A stretch of DNA of 54,676 bases from NCBI GenBank assembly GCA_031278845.1, contig JAITJQ010000078.1:1-54676 (forward strand), given 5' to 3'. Each line of letters begins with the position of its first letter. Position 1 is the stretch's first letter. Both the position numbers and the translations under genes were made by a program. The notes under the pieces are model-generated. The model worked only from the letters and a program-made list of their open reading frames with translations. It made no database searches and was not told the DNA's origin. Shown piece after piece: positions 10,165 to 19,055 of the stretch. This stretch comes from Puniceicoccales bacterium (GTDB lineage: Bacteria > Verrucomicrobiota > Verrucomicrobiia > Opitutales > LL51).

Positions 10165-12077
10165 TTCTTCGCCTATTCATCGGTACCATAGGCTCTATCG
10201 TTGCGAAGTTACCCGTTGGTTGTGTCGCATTGCTATGTCAATTTTGGGGACAATTTTTCTTTTTATTTTTCCGACGGAGACGACGGATTATACTTTCGAA
10301 CATCACCCGTGCTTTTCCTGAAAAAACGGAAACGGAATGTAAAATATTAGCGTGGAAAAGTTGTACACGCATGGTTGAATTGGGATTCCTGGCGGTCGCT
10401 CTGCCCTATTTTTCCAAAAAACGGATTCGACGATCATTTCAGTTGGACGATTCGATTGGAGAATTTTTCCGCGAAAAAGTATCAAACGATGGTCCACGGA
10501 TTATCTTACTGCCCCATTTTTCTCAGATGGAGGCGATGACAATCATACCGCTACTGAATGAAGCGGCGAAACAAAATGAAATCGGTGTGATTTACAGGCC
10601 ATTTAAAAGTGGGTCGCTGGAGCAATTTATCCGCAAAACGCGGGAAAAATTTGGCTTAAAACTGCTCGCGCGAGGGAAAGGATTTTTGGAGGCCAAGGAA
10701 ATTTTAAATCGCAATGGAATGGTCGTTATTTTATTTGATCAAAATGCCAATGACTGGGGAGTTCTGTCGACATTTTTCGGACGAATTGCTTCCACAACAC
10801 CCCTTCCTGACCTTTTATATCGGCACTTTCGCTGTCCCATCTACGGCTTGATGCCCCAGCGATTGGGAGTTTTCCAGGCAAAATGTTTCGTAGAACGCCT
10901 CAATGTCAAAGATGCAAATCCTAAAATCCCCGAACATCCTCAAAAATCCGCAGGCGACGATTATTACGTCGCGCATGCAATGAATGCGTGGCTGGAACAA
11001 AAATTATTATCCAATGAAGAAACGTGCTGCGATTGGCTATGGGCACATAACCGCTGGCATACACACGATCAAGGGCACAATTGGCTCAATTTATCGCAGA
11101 AACGTAATGCCATTGACTTTTCGAAAGTAGAAAAAAAATTAAAAATTTTTATTCGCATGCCCAATTGGTTGGGTGACATCATCATGGCCATTCCCCTCGT
11201 GAAAGCTATCTGCCAAGCACGCCCCGATGCGCAAGTAACATTGATGGCGCGATCGCATTTCGTTCAGTTCTTAGAAGATTTACACCTTGGGGATCAGATT
11301 TTACCACTTGCTCCAAAAAGTAAAAAATATTATCAACAGCTCCTTGAATATCGCCGATTGAGGCCTGATTTTCTTGTACGGCTTGTCAATTCGACGACGG
11401 CCGATATCGAAACATTTATTCTGAATGCGACGCATTCGTTTGCGCAACAGTTCCCACAGAAAAAGCGTCCTTGGTTTTCGACGCGTATCTTTATAAATTT
11501 TGACAATTTGGCGAACGTTCACCAGGAAAAAACGACACTATTTTTTGCCCAAGAAATGGGCTATCGGGGCACTTGGGATCTCACGCCCTTCCACTTAAAA
11601 ATCGAACCATCCCATACCGTCGGCCTGATTTGCGGTAGTGAAAATAGTCCAGCCAAACGTTGGCCAACATCCCATTGGATCAACTTTACCGCAATTCTTT
11701 TAGAGCAAACGACTGCTGATATCATCCTTTTCGGAACACCGATGGATGGGGCTATTACACGGGAAATTAAGGATCAATTTCACCATGAAAATCGTGTCAT
11801 CGATCGCGCCGGTAAAACGAATCTCCCCGCACTTGTCGATGAAATTGCGACCTGTAAGCTTGTGATCGGCAATGATACGGGAGGCGTCCACCTCTCCAAT
11901 TTCCTAGGTATCCCAACGGTTGTGCTTTTTGGTCCGACAAATCCCAATAAAATACGCCCTATTTTTGAAGCGCCGGTTTACATTATAAAATCACCGGATA
12001 AAAATCATTTCGCTGCACTGACACCCAATCGGGTTGCTGAAATACTTACAAATCTCAATTTATTTTCTTTATTATAA
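10161..12077 (+). CDS. fusion protein: LpxL/HtrB-family lipid A late acyltransferase (N-terminal) + glycosyltransferase family 9 heptosyltransferase-like domain (C-terminal)
   Basis: N-terminal half: N-terminal TM, NITRAFPEK, an HX4E box (LPHFSQME), ILFDQNA and FFGRIASTT, which is the LpxL pattern. C-terminal half: MPNWLGDIIMAIPLVKAI and VIGNDTGGVHLSNFLGIPTVVLFGPTNP, which is the GT9 pattern. ATGA overlap with the fabF stop. Confidence 0.75.
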   Translation: MILRLFIGTIGSIVAKLPVGCVALLCQFWGQFFFLFFRRRRRIILSNITRAFPEKTETECKILAWKSCTRMVELGFLAVALPYFSKKRIRRSFQLDDSIGEFFREKVSNDGPRIILLPHFSQMEAMTIIPLLNEAAKQNEIGVIYRPFKSGSLEQFIRKTREKFGLKLLARGKGFLEAKEILNRNGMVVILFDQNANDWGVLSTFFGRIASTTPLPDLLYRHFRCPIYGLMPQRLGVFQAKCFVERLNVKDANPKIPEHPQKSAGDDYYVAHAMNAWLEQKLLSNEETCCDWLWAHNRWHTHDQGHNWLNLSQKRNAIDFSKVEKKLKIFIRMPNWLGDIIMAIPLVKAICQARPDAQVTLMARSHFVQFLEDLHLGDQILPLAPKSKKYYQQLLEYRRLRPDFLVRLVNSTTADIETFILNATHSFAQQFPQKKRPWFSTRIFINFDNLANVHQEKTTLFFAQEMGYRGTWDLTPFHLKIEPSHTVGLICGSENSPAKRWPTSHWINFTAILLEQTTADIILFGTPMDGAITREIKDQFHHENRVIDRAGKTNLPALVDEIATCKLVIGNDTGGVHLSNFLGIPTVVLFGPTNPNKIRPIFEAPVYIIKSPDKNHFAALTPNRVAEILTNLNLFSLL

Positions 12078-12140
12078 TTTTTTCGAAAAATTATTGACAT
12101 TTTAAATTCATTTTGTAGCCTTTCGAAAAAGGATAAAAAT

Positions 12141-12641
12141 ATGTCGAGAGATTTAATGGTACAGGTAATCAGTGATTTTGGCCAAGAAATTGGCGCAGAA
12201 CTGGAGGTTGATGACGAAGCCTATTGCTGTTTAGCGGTGGGCGATGAATTTCAAATTCATCTAAAATTCAACGAGCATTTTAATGGAATGATTTTTTACA
12301 CCGAACTCGGTGAAGTCCCCAATATTGGGAGAAAAGAAGTCCTTCGCCACTACGTTATGCAGAATGGGGATATCGAATCTGATAATCTAACATTTTCCTA
12401 CGATGAAGAGAGTAAGCAACTGGGAATGGCACGCCTATTGCCGGTAGAATTTATAAACTTGGATAATTTAAAAAAGATTCTTGAGAAATTTATCGAACGC
12501 TATCAAAAGGAACACGAAGATATGGTACGGTTTTTACAGGGCGAGCTTCCGAAAGATGACATACAATTCGCAGATGATGGTGCCAATAGCGGTGAAGCTA
12601 TGCCAGCCGGCGGCCTAGATCCACAATTTATTCGCATGTGA
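12141..12641 (+). CDS. class I type III secretion chaperone (CesT/SycE-like)
   Basis: Small acidic protein. The N-terminus (FGQEIGAELEVDDEAYCCLAVGDEFQIHLKF) has the typical chaperone logic of describing a partner, with alternative-state wording. The size fits and it lies near T3SS genes. Assignment rests on pattern only. Confidence 0.55.
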   Translation: MSRDLMVQVISDFGQEIGAELEVDDEAYCCLAVGDEFQIHLKFNEHFNGMIFYTELGEVPNIGRKEVLRHYVMQNGDIESDNLTFSYDEESKQLGMARLLPVEFINLDNLKKILEKFIERYQKEHEDMVRFLQGELPKDDIQFADDGANSGEAMPAGGLDPQFIRM

Positions 12642-12737
12642 TTTTTTATTATTTTATTTTCAATATTCAAAAATATACATAAAAAATATTTGACAAATTT
12701 TCAAAAATAAAAAGAATGAATTGCAGAGGATAAAAAA

Positions 12738-12977
12738 ATGTCAATACCATCATCGTCATCATTACCATTACCATCATTAGATCCCTCAGGCGCTTCAGGA
12801 AAAACATCCGGGAATCCCCCTCCGGATGCACGCATAAGTGGGGCACAAAGAAGGCTTGGCACACCTCCGTCAATACCTGGCAGCCGCCCGCCCGGTTCAT
12901 TATCACCGAGAAAATGCCTATGTGAAGCAATTAAAAATCTTCCTAAGATAAAGTTTATTACGCGGATGGCGCAATGA
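12738..12977 (+). CDS. hypothetical Ser/Pro-rich small protein (speculative)
   Basis: GAGGA lies 8 nt upstream of the ATG and TTGACA is at 12690. The N-terminus MSIPSSSSLPLPSLDPSGASG is Ser-rich and unstructured-looking. It lies in a region where short ORFs overlap on both strands. Confidence 0.2.
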   Translation: MSIPSSSSLPLPSLDPSGASGKTSGNPPPDARISGAQRRLGTPPSIPGSRPPGSLSPRKCLCEAIKNLPKIKFITRMAQ

Positions 12978-13514
12978 AGAGGGAAAATTAAAGGCAAAAA
13001 TAGCGAGAGAAAAAGAGGCGAAAGCCGGAATTTGGGAACGGAATTTGGAAAGCGTAAAGCCAAAAAGGAATTGAAACTTTCCGATGGCCGTTTCCAAGAG
13101 AGAACGTTTTCGGCGCAACTTTTTTTCTATCGGAGTATTTTATTCCAAATTGAGTAATTTTTTGTTTTTCCGTTAGGACCAGATAGAGCTTTAAACCAAA
13201 TGTAGTTGTCGTCGAAGAATGTGTCCCATTGGCTACTCCTCGAAAAGTTCGATGCCGGTTCGCGCGTACATTTTCGCAAACCGGGAGGAAGGGGGGATCG
13301 ACCAACAAGAACCTCGATTTTTCCTCCCGTTACGCCAATTGGAAATAATCTAATCAAGCTTGGGGGAATGATTTTCATTTAATCCCCCTAAATCCTTTTG
13401 CCTTTTATTCAGGCCATTTCATTTCGCCATTCGCGTAATAATATTATAACCGAAATTGAGCAAAGGATTCGAGCATTAAAGCCAATAAACAAATATTGAT
13501 ATAGTGGGTGCCGT

Positions 13515-13904
13515 ATGTCCCTCAAAAAGCTAAGGGACTTTTTAAAAAGGTCTGATATCAATTCATGGATAAGAGAAGAGGTTAATGAAATAGCAAAGGT
13601 ATTATGTATCAATGGTAGTAGCGAAGATTGGGCTGGGGCTGTTCGACAAATCCAGGAGAACAGATCTGAAAGGAATGATTATGATCATTTCCAGGAGTTT
13701 ATAGAATTTACGAAAAAGTATTATAGAAGGTATGATGCCTCTTTCCCGAGGAGATCCTGCTCGCCTCTTAGGAGTTCTTTGGATATGATGCGTCTTGATT
13801 GGAGAAAAGGCGTTGCGATAGCGTGTCTTTTTAACGCACAAATTCTTTCCAATTTATTCGGAAGGGTAGATGTTTATGTCTATAACGTTAGAACGGAAAA
13901 TTAA
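13515..13904 (+). CDS. hypothetical protein
   Basis: 129-aa ORF with no recognisable motif. It converges on the T3SS gatekeeper operon. Confidence 0.35.
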   Translation: MSLKKLRDFLKRSDINSWIREEVNEIAKVLCINGSSEDWAGAVRQIQENRSERNDYDHFQEFIEFTKKYYRRYDASFPRRSCSPLRSSLDMMRLDWRKGVAIACLFNAQILSNLFGRVDVYVYNVRTEN

Positions 13905-14093
13905 AATTTTTGAAATAAGGTATGCTAATGGGCGTCCCTTCGAAAACGAAGTAAACATTGTGAATGCTCGAACGGAAGATGGAAATAACGCTATTTTAGC
14001 CATGCCCAGTGACGATGAAGAAGAAATTGTCCTGTGAAAAGCAATTTTGAAAAGAAAAAATTCAACGATGACCGTAAAAAAGGCCCGTCCTTA

Positions 14094-14480
14094 TCAAAAA
14101 CGGTCAGCGAATTGTCTCAAACGTGTGGTCGTATCGATGAGCTGATTAATGGCGCCTTCAAGTGATACGGGCGAAAAATCTTCGTTCCGAATCCTGATCG
14201 CCAAACCTAACCGGTCCTCGCCCTGTAAAACAGGATTCATCGTGAAATTGTGCTTCGCTTTCTCTTCGCAAAAAATATATGCCGTCGTAATAAGTTTGAA
14301 ATTTAAAACGGGAAATGCGTTAAGTAGGTAAAGGAAAATGTCAGATCGCTGGATGTCGATAAAAAGTTCACCGGTATTCGTAATCGATAGGTGAAGGATG
14401 CCATGAGTGTTCGTCGTAAAAAGGGGAAGACCCATTTTTTTCCCCATATGTATTAAAGCTTCCGTAATGTGACGTTCCAT
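14094..14480 (-). CDS. SycN-like type III secretion chaperone
   Basis: 128 aa, immediately (0 nt) downstream of the TyeA-like gene, in the yopN-tyeA-sycN order known from the Ysc family. The chaperone-like N-terminus contains MGLPL. Confidence 0.6.
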   Translation of the reverse strand: MERHITEALIHMGKKMGLPLFTTNTHGILHLSITNTGELFIDIQRSDIFLYLLNAFPVLNFKLITTAYIFCEEKAKHNFTMNPVLQGEDRLGLAIRIRNEDFSPVSLEGAINQLIDTTTRLRQFADRF

Positions 14481-14798
14481 TTATGAGCTTCCTTTCGCTA
14501 AGAATGCTGACGCAGTAGCCTCCTCTTCCCGTAAAATGAGGGCATCCAGCTTCGTTTGCATAGCCGTAAGCAGCTGCGTCTGCGCTTGATCATCTTTGAA
14601 AAATTTTTGAGGGAGGTTGCGTACGAGTTCGATCGTTTGGTGGAGCGTGTAGATGGCAATCTCTAGATTCTTCGTACTGTCGGGACAAAAAAGATTGATC
14701 AGATTCGTAACCTGCTGGCTACTTACAAATGCTCCCTGTGCGAGCCGGACTAGCTCCCGGGTAGTGGCTAATTGTTCCTTATCGGTCATTTCTTGCAT
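14481..14798 (-). CDS. tyeA: TyeA-like gatekeeper subunit
   Basis: 105 aa. LVRNLPQKFFKDDQAQTQLLTAMQTKLDALILREEE parallels the TyeA core ([25 protein letters not shown], as I recall it). Located directly after the sctW gene. Confidence 0.65.
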   Translation of the reverse strand: MQEMTDKEQLATTRELVRLAQGAFVSSQQVTNLINLFCPDSTKNLEIAIYTLHQTIELVRNLPQKFFKDDQAQTQLLTAMQTKLDALILREEEATASAFLAKGSS

Positions 14799-14810
14799 AA
14801 AAACTCCTAT

Positions 14811-15872
14811 CTATTTCGGTTGGTCAGAAGATGTAGAAAACATACGGCGAATATTACGTCCCAGGATACCAACATTGTCGTAAATCTGCCCACAAATTTC
14901 GATGCGGAAAAGACCGTCGCGCACATGCCGCAATTCTTCCTTGGAACGCGAGGGATTTGAAGAAGCCATATCGATACCAAAAAGGGCGATCATCGAATCA
15001 ATGTAGGGACGAAAGCTCTCCCGTTTTTTTTCCTGTCGGCGGATAAACGTTTCAAAAACATCGAGCGGATTCGTCATATCTAAGACTTCATCGCGGTAGG
15101 TCGCAGCAAAACTGACGGCGCTTTCCGGCGCACTACCATCGCCATATTGTTGGTTTAAAATGGCAGCAGCCTTCGGAATCAAATTGTAGCCGTCACGGAT
15201 CTCCTTCTTATGTGTTTTTTGTAATAGTTCTCGGGCGCGGAGTAATTGTGTTTTAAAAGCATCACTCCTTTGGAGACTATCTTCCAGGGCTGATAGTTTC
15301 TCGGTCCACCGCATACGTTCGGAATTGGTAAAGCCCATATTAATGGTATGGATTGGTGGATTCGAAAAAAAATCGATCATTTTTTTGACCTGGGCTATCT
15401 CCACTTCAAGGGTTTCCCGTTCGAGCGTATGGGTCGCGAGGGCGTATTCCAGAATATTGTCCTGTTCGGTGACTTCACCAAAATTTTCGGCCACCTTGTA
15501 TAATAAAATGTCGCGAAGGGCGTCCTGATTTTCCTCGTTTTGGTATTCCGGTTTGTACCGTTGGCGCGAGAGGTCCGCATAGACCTCCTTATAATGGCGG
15601 GATTGTTTACCTTGACCGAGGCGTTCGGTGTAGGTTATAAGAATTTTTTCTTTTTCCCGGAAAACCTTTTTGCTGACGATATAGCGCCGAAGGAGCGGTT
15701 CGCGCAATTTTTGTTTCGTTGCCTCAAGTCCCGCAATATTGCTTGCCAATTGGATGGCGGATGGGGAAGAATCTTGGACAATAACGACCGATTGGCCGCG
15801 ATAGGTTCCCTGGACGTTGGTAACCTGACTATTATTGCGCCCACCCCTCTGTACTTTTTTAACCTCTGCCAT
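14811..15872 (-). CDS. sctW: type III secretion gatekeeper, YopN/CopN/SctW family (HrpJ-like domain)
   Basis: 353 aa. Non-structured N-terminus rich in S/Q/N/V, a helical body, and a C-terminal IALFGIDMASSNPSRSKEELRHVRDGLFRIE resembling the conserved SctW motif. Divergent from sctD. Confidence 0.7.
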   Translation of the reverse strand: MAEVKKVQRGGRNNSQVTNVQGTYRGQSVVIVQDSSPSAIQLASNIAGLEATKQKLREPLLRRYIVSKKVFREKEKILITYTERLGQGKQSRHYKEVYADLSRQRYKPEYQNEENQDALRDILLYKVAENFGEVTEQDNILEYALATHTLERETLEVEIAQVKKMIDFFSNPPIHTINMGFTNSERMRWTEKLSALEDSLQRSDAFKTQLLRARELLQKTHKKEIRDGYNLIPKAAAILNQQYGDGSAPESAVSFAATYRDEVLDMTNPLDVFETFIRRQEKKRESFRPYIDSMIALFGIDMASSNPSRSKEELRHVRDGLFRIEICGQIYDNVGILGRNIRRMFSTSSDQPK

Positions 15873-16003
15873 CGCTATAAAACATTCTGCAGATAATGTA
15901 TAAAGCGAAATGGAAATGGCAACTCAAACCGAATGGGTGTGAAATTTTTCTTAAAAACATTGACTCTCACAATTTTTCCCATTAAATCCGACTCCATCGT
16001 TTG
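15873..16003. promoter_or_regulatory. divergent promoter region between the gatekeeper and needle operons
   Basis: Plus strand: TTGACT (15959-15964), 17 nt, then TAAATC. Minus strand: TTGAGT, 17 nt, then TTTATA, read from the reverse complement. Sigma-70-like matches judged by eye only. Confidence 0.35.
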
Positions 16004-17485
16004 ATGGGATTAGTGCTCAAAGTATTGTCGGGACCACACCAAGGGGCGGAATTCGATGTTCCCGACGAAGAGATTGTTATCGGCGCTGCGGACGAGTGTG
16101 ATGTTATTATTAGTGATGTTTTGGTTGCCAATAAGCACGTGAATTTGAAGGTGGTCGATGGCCGTGTTTTTATTACGCCCCTCGAAGGAAATGTTTTCGT
16201 TGCCGGAAAATTATTGCGGGAGCCTTCGGCAATTGATAATTTCCAATTTGTAACCATTGGAGCTACCCATATGATGTTTGGTGAGGGTGAGAATGAGCAA
16301 TGGCAAACCGTTGCCCTGGGCGATTTCCCGGAGTTAGAAAAAGTTGAAGAGGCGGTTTCGATTTTCGCGGAGTCTGCGGAAGGTGTTCAGGAGGTTGTAG
16401 AGAGTGGTGCCGATACTGAGGAAAAGAATGAGGATGGGACGCCAAAGGAAAAAGAATTTGTGGCTGATTCCGCAGCGGCATTAATCGAAACAACGGAGCT
16501 TACCGATCGCGAAAGCAAAAAAGCGAAATTCTTAAGGAAAATTTTTGGTGAACGGCAGCTGACGTGGCGCCAAATCATCGTTCGCTACATTTTGGGTTTT
16601 GTACTGTGTTTAGCCATTGCCTTTGGAGCTTCCATTTCCCTGGTTGTTTTGACTCAGAAGGGACCCGTTCCCGCTCTTCCACAACCCATGGATGTGCGCG
16701 TACAAAAGGCCATCGATGCCCTAAAATTTAAAAATAAAATTAAAGTTTCGAAGCCGATCGGTGATGAACCGGTATCCGTTGTGGGTTATGTGGATAAGAT
16801 GGAGGATTCCGTCGCGGTGAAGTCGGCCCTGAAACCGATTTCGGAAGATATTTCCATCAAGCTTTTGGTTATGGAGAAAGTTTTGAGTAGTGCCATGGAG
16901 ATGGTCAAGGAATCGAAACAAAATATTGTTTTGAAACAGGCGGAAGAATTTGGAGAGTTGATTGCGACCGGGTACGTTAAGAAGGAAGAAGGTTGGACGA
17001 ATCTCAAATCGGAGGTTTCTTCCATTAAGGGAATTACGAACATTAGGGATGAGGTTTTGACGAGAACTTCCATTGTCGAATTGGCTAAAACGGTTCTCGA
17101 ACGCCATAAGTTTAGCGATAAACTGGAAGTTGCAGCCAACGATGAGGGCGTCGAAATCAGCGGTACTATCACCGATGCCGATAAGGATAAGTGGGGGGTA
17201 ACCCGTGAGGATTTCGAAAAGACATTCAAGAAGAAGGCACAGGTTAGTTTTAAAATTGCAGTGTCGACGGATCGCAATTTGACCATTGAGAAATTTTTCG
17301 GCGGAAAGATCGATAGCGTAAACTTCAACAGTCAAGGGTTGGATTGGGTAAATATAAAAGGTGGGACGAAATACTTCCAAGGTTCTGTACTGCCGGGTGG
17401 TTACGTTATCGATCGCGTCGAACAGGACAGTGTCACCATTCGTAATGCCGATGAGGTGATAACACTCGATTTGAACTGGATATGA
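16004..17485 (+). CDS. sctD: type III secretion inner-membrane ring protein SctD (YscD/CdsD family) with N-terminal FHA-like domain
   Basis: N-terminal FHA fold pattern (LKVLSGPHQGAEFDVPDEEIVIGAADECDVIISDVLVANKHVNLKV), an acidic linker, a single TM (ILGFVLCLAIAFGASISLVVL), and a ~270-aa periplasmic region. It is the first gene of an sctD-E-F-G-I order. Confidence 0.75.
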   Translation: MGLVLKVLSGPHQGAEFDVPDEEIVIGAADECDVIISDVLVANKHVNLKVVDGRVFITPLEGNVFVAGKLLREPSAIDNFQFVTIGATHMMFGEGENEQWQTVALGDFPELEKVEEAVSIFAESAEGVQEVVESGADTEEKNEDGTPKEKEFVADSAAALIETTELTDRESKKAKFLRKIFGERQLTWRQIIVRYILGFVLCLAIAFGASISLVVLTQKGPVPALPQPMDVRVQKAIDALKFKNKIKVSKPIGDEPVSVVGYVDKMEDSVAVKSALKPISEDISIKLLVMEKVLSSAMEMVKESKQNIVLKQAEEFGELIATGYVKKEEGWTNLKSEVSSIKGITNIRDEVLTRTSIVELAKTVLERHKFSDKLEVAANDEGVEISGTITDADKDKWGVTREDFEKTFKKKAQVSFKIAVSTDRNLTIEKFFGGKIDSVNFNSQGLDWVNIKGGTKYFQGSVLPGGYVIDRVEQDSVTIRNADEVITLDLNWI

Positions 17486-17510
17486 GGTATCCGTAGCGAG
17501 GGCTGGAAAA

Positions 17511-17732
17511 ATGGGGAAAAAAGAACGCATAACGTTAATCGAAATGGAGCGCAAGTTACTCGACGATAAAGATGGCAGCTATCGCCAAGAGTTACTTAAA
17601 AAATTAGCGGAGTATCAGCAATTCGTTAAATCGCGCATAAACAGTGGATTAGATCCCCGCGGATTCGATATTTTTAATAAATTAAAGCAGGCGCTCGAGA
17701 GTGCGAAAGATACGATTATTAATTTTAAATAA
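17511..17732 (+). CDS. yscE: YscE/CdsE-like needle co-chaperone
   Basis: 73 aa. SGLDPRGFDIFNKLKQALESAKDTII parallels YscE RGGDAKQYQVWQRESKALESAIAII (from memory). Positioned between sctD and sctF. Confidence 0.7.
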   Translation: MGKKERITLIEMERKLLDDKDGSYRQELLKKLAEYQQFVKSRINSGLDPRGFDIFNKLKQALESAKDTIINFK

Positions 17733-17825
17733 AAGCATAAAAAAACTTATTGACCTTATAATCTTTTTGTATATTTTGGTGCTTGTAGTAAATGAATTAC
17801 TAACAATTAAAAGAAAGGAAAAAAT

Positions 17826-18140
17826 ATGGCATGGTCAAATCCAACAGATTTGGGATTTCAGGCTGGGGGCGAAAGTCTTCCGGATCTTGGAACTCCTACG
17901 GGGAAGTTAAGTATCTTCAATATGTATATCGTTTTAGCGAGTTACATGACGGCCTATGAAAAAGGTCTTGCGGATACAATTAAATGTATTGAAGGGAGTG
18001 CGGCGTCGGATATCGACCAGGGAACACTATTGCGTTTACAGGCGATGGTGCAGACCTGGGGAACGGTTGCTTCGACGTCAACGGGTATCATCCGTACGGT
18101 TGGTGATACGTTAACGAAAATTGTACAGAATGTTCGTTGA
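17826..18140 (+). CDS. sctF: type III secretion needle subunit SctF
   Basis: 104 aa. The C-terminal LLRLQAMVQTWGTVASTSTGIIRTVGDTLTKIVQNVR fits the needle-protein helix-turn-helix C-terminus (LQ..W....S..I..KD....I.Q). It is flanked by the yscE-like and yscG-like genes. Confidence 0.8.
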   Translation: MAWSNPTDLGFQAGGESLPDLGTPTGKLSIFNMYIVLASYMTAYEKGLADTIKCIEGSAASDIDQGTLLRLQAMVQTWGTVASTSTGIIRTVGDTLTKIVQNVR

Positions 18141-18146
18141 TTAATT

Positions 18147-18560
18147 ATGCCCTTTACGTTCCATCAAAGTACGGATTTCGACGAGGCAGAGGTGCCTACT
18201 GAAATAATTCGCTTACTCATCGATATCGGTTATGTATCGACGGGGAGTGGGCGAAAGCGGGATGCCGAAAATATATTCGAAAGTGTTATTGCGGCACGTC
18301 CCAAACAGGAGTTACCCTTTGTTGCTTATTCTTTTATGCGGATGGTTTTTGGAGAATACGTCGAAGCATCAAACCTATTGGTTGAGAGAGCGTTAAAAAT
18401 CAATCCCAAGAGTGAGATGGCGCAGGTTTTTTATGGTCTGCTGCTGTATCAGGTGGGACGTAGAGGCGAAAGTGATATGATTTTATCGGGTATTATGGAC
18501 AATGGAAAAGATAAAGATGCATACCGATTAGCGGAAAGCATTATTAAGGAAGGGAAATAA
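18147..18560 (+). CDS. yscG: YscG/CdsG-like TPR needle co-chaperone
   Basis: 137 aa. LLIDIGYVSTGSGRKRDAENIFESV parallels YscG [25 protein letters not shown] (from memory). The remainder is TPR-like. Confidence 0.7.
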   Translation: MPFTFHQSTDFDEAEVPTEIIRLLIDIGYVSTGSGRKRDAENIFESVIAARPKQELPFVAYSFMRMVFGEYVEASNLLVERALKINPKSEMAQVFYGLLLYQVGRRGESDMILSGIMDNGKDKDAYRLAESIIKEGK

Positions 18561-18561
18561 A

Positions 18562-19029
18562 ATGGCAATAGAAGTAGCAGCAGCAACGGAGAGGATAGGT
18601 GGTGTGCTAGCGCGACAGGCAGCAAACGTCGGAGGAATTTCCGCTGGGACGATGATTGAGGGGGTTATTCCTCCATTTAGGGCAGACGTCGCCGGTGAAT
18701 TTCAAGCGATGGTGAATGGGGGCGTTACGTTACCCAACCTCAGTGGTGCTCTAAAAGGTGGTCGCAGAAGACGTCGACTCATAGAGCCATTGCGATTGAA
18801 TACACCGAGTCAAGGTGTTGTAAGTTCGATCCAAAGTGTGCGTGACAAATTTATGGAGATTCAACACAATGTTGAAGCGTTTGCAAGCAAGAAGGAGGAT
18901 CTTTCGAGTGGGGATCTTCTGAAGATGCAAGTGGATGTGATGCAACTGGCTTATTTGAACGAACTTTCATCGAAGGTAGCGGACAAGACGAGTCAAGGTG
19001 CGCAGACGTTATTCCGCAATCAGGGATAG
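18562..19029 (+). CDS. sctI: type III secretion inner rod protein SctI
   Basis: The C-terminus DLLKMQVDVMQLAYLNELSSKVADKTSQGAQTLFRNQG parallels YscI DLMLMQWSLIRITIQEELIAKTAGRMSQNVETLSKGG (from memory). 155 aa, and only 1 nt after the yscG-like stop. Confidence 0.75.
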   Translation: MAIEVAAATERIGGVLARQAANVGGISAGTMIEGVIPPFRADVAGEFQAMVNGGVTLPNLSGALKGGRRRRRLIEPLRLNTPSQGVVSSIQSVRDKFMEIQHNVEAFASKKEDLSSGDLLKMQVDVMQLAYLNELSSKVADKTSQGAQTLFRNQG

Positions 19030-19055
19030 GATTAAATTTGCGAAAAAGGAAGATG

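Noticed and set aside
12701-13378. Three overlapping minus-strand ORFs read as one frameshifted pseudogene
   Set aside because: The three translations show no recognisable family and no continuity of sequence character across the frame changes, so I cannot support a specific pseudogene call without homology searches.
16721-17554. 277-aa ORF antisense to sctD (plus a 180-aa one at 16786-17328)
   Set aside because: It lies entirely within and opposite to a CDS with clear FHA/TM/periplasmic SctD architecture. The translation is low-complexity (F/L/I/N-rich), as expected for the antisense of an AT-rich gene, and no RBS or motif is present.
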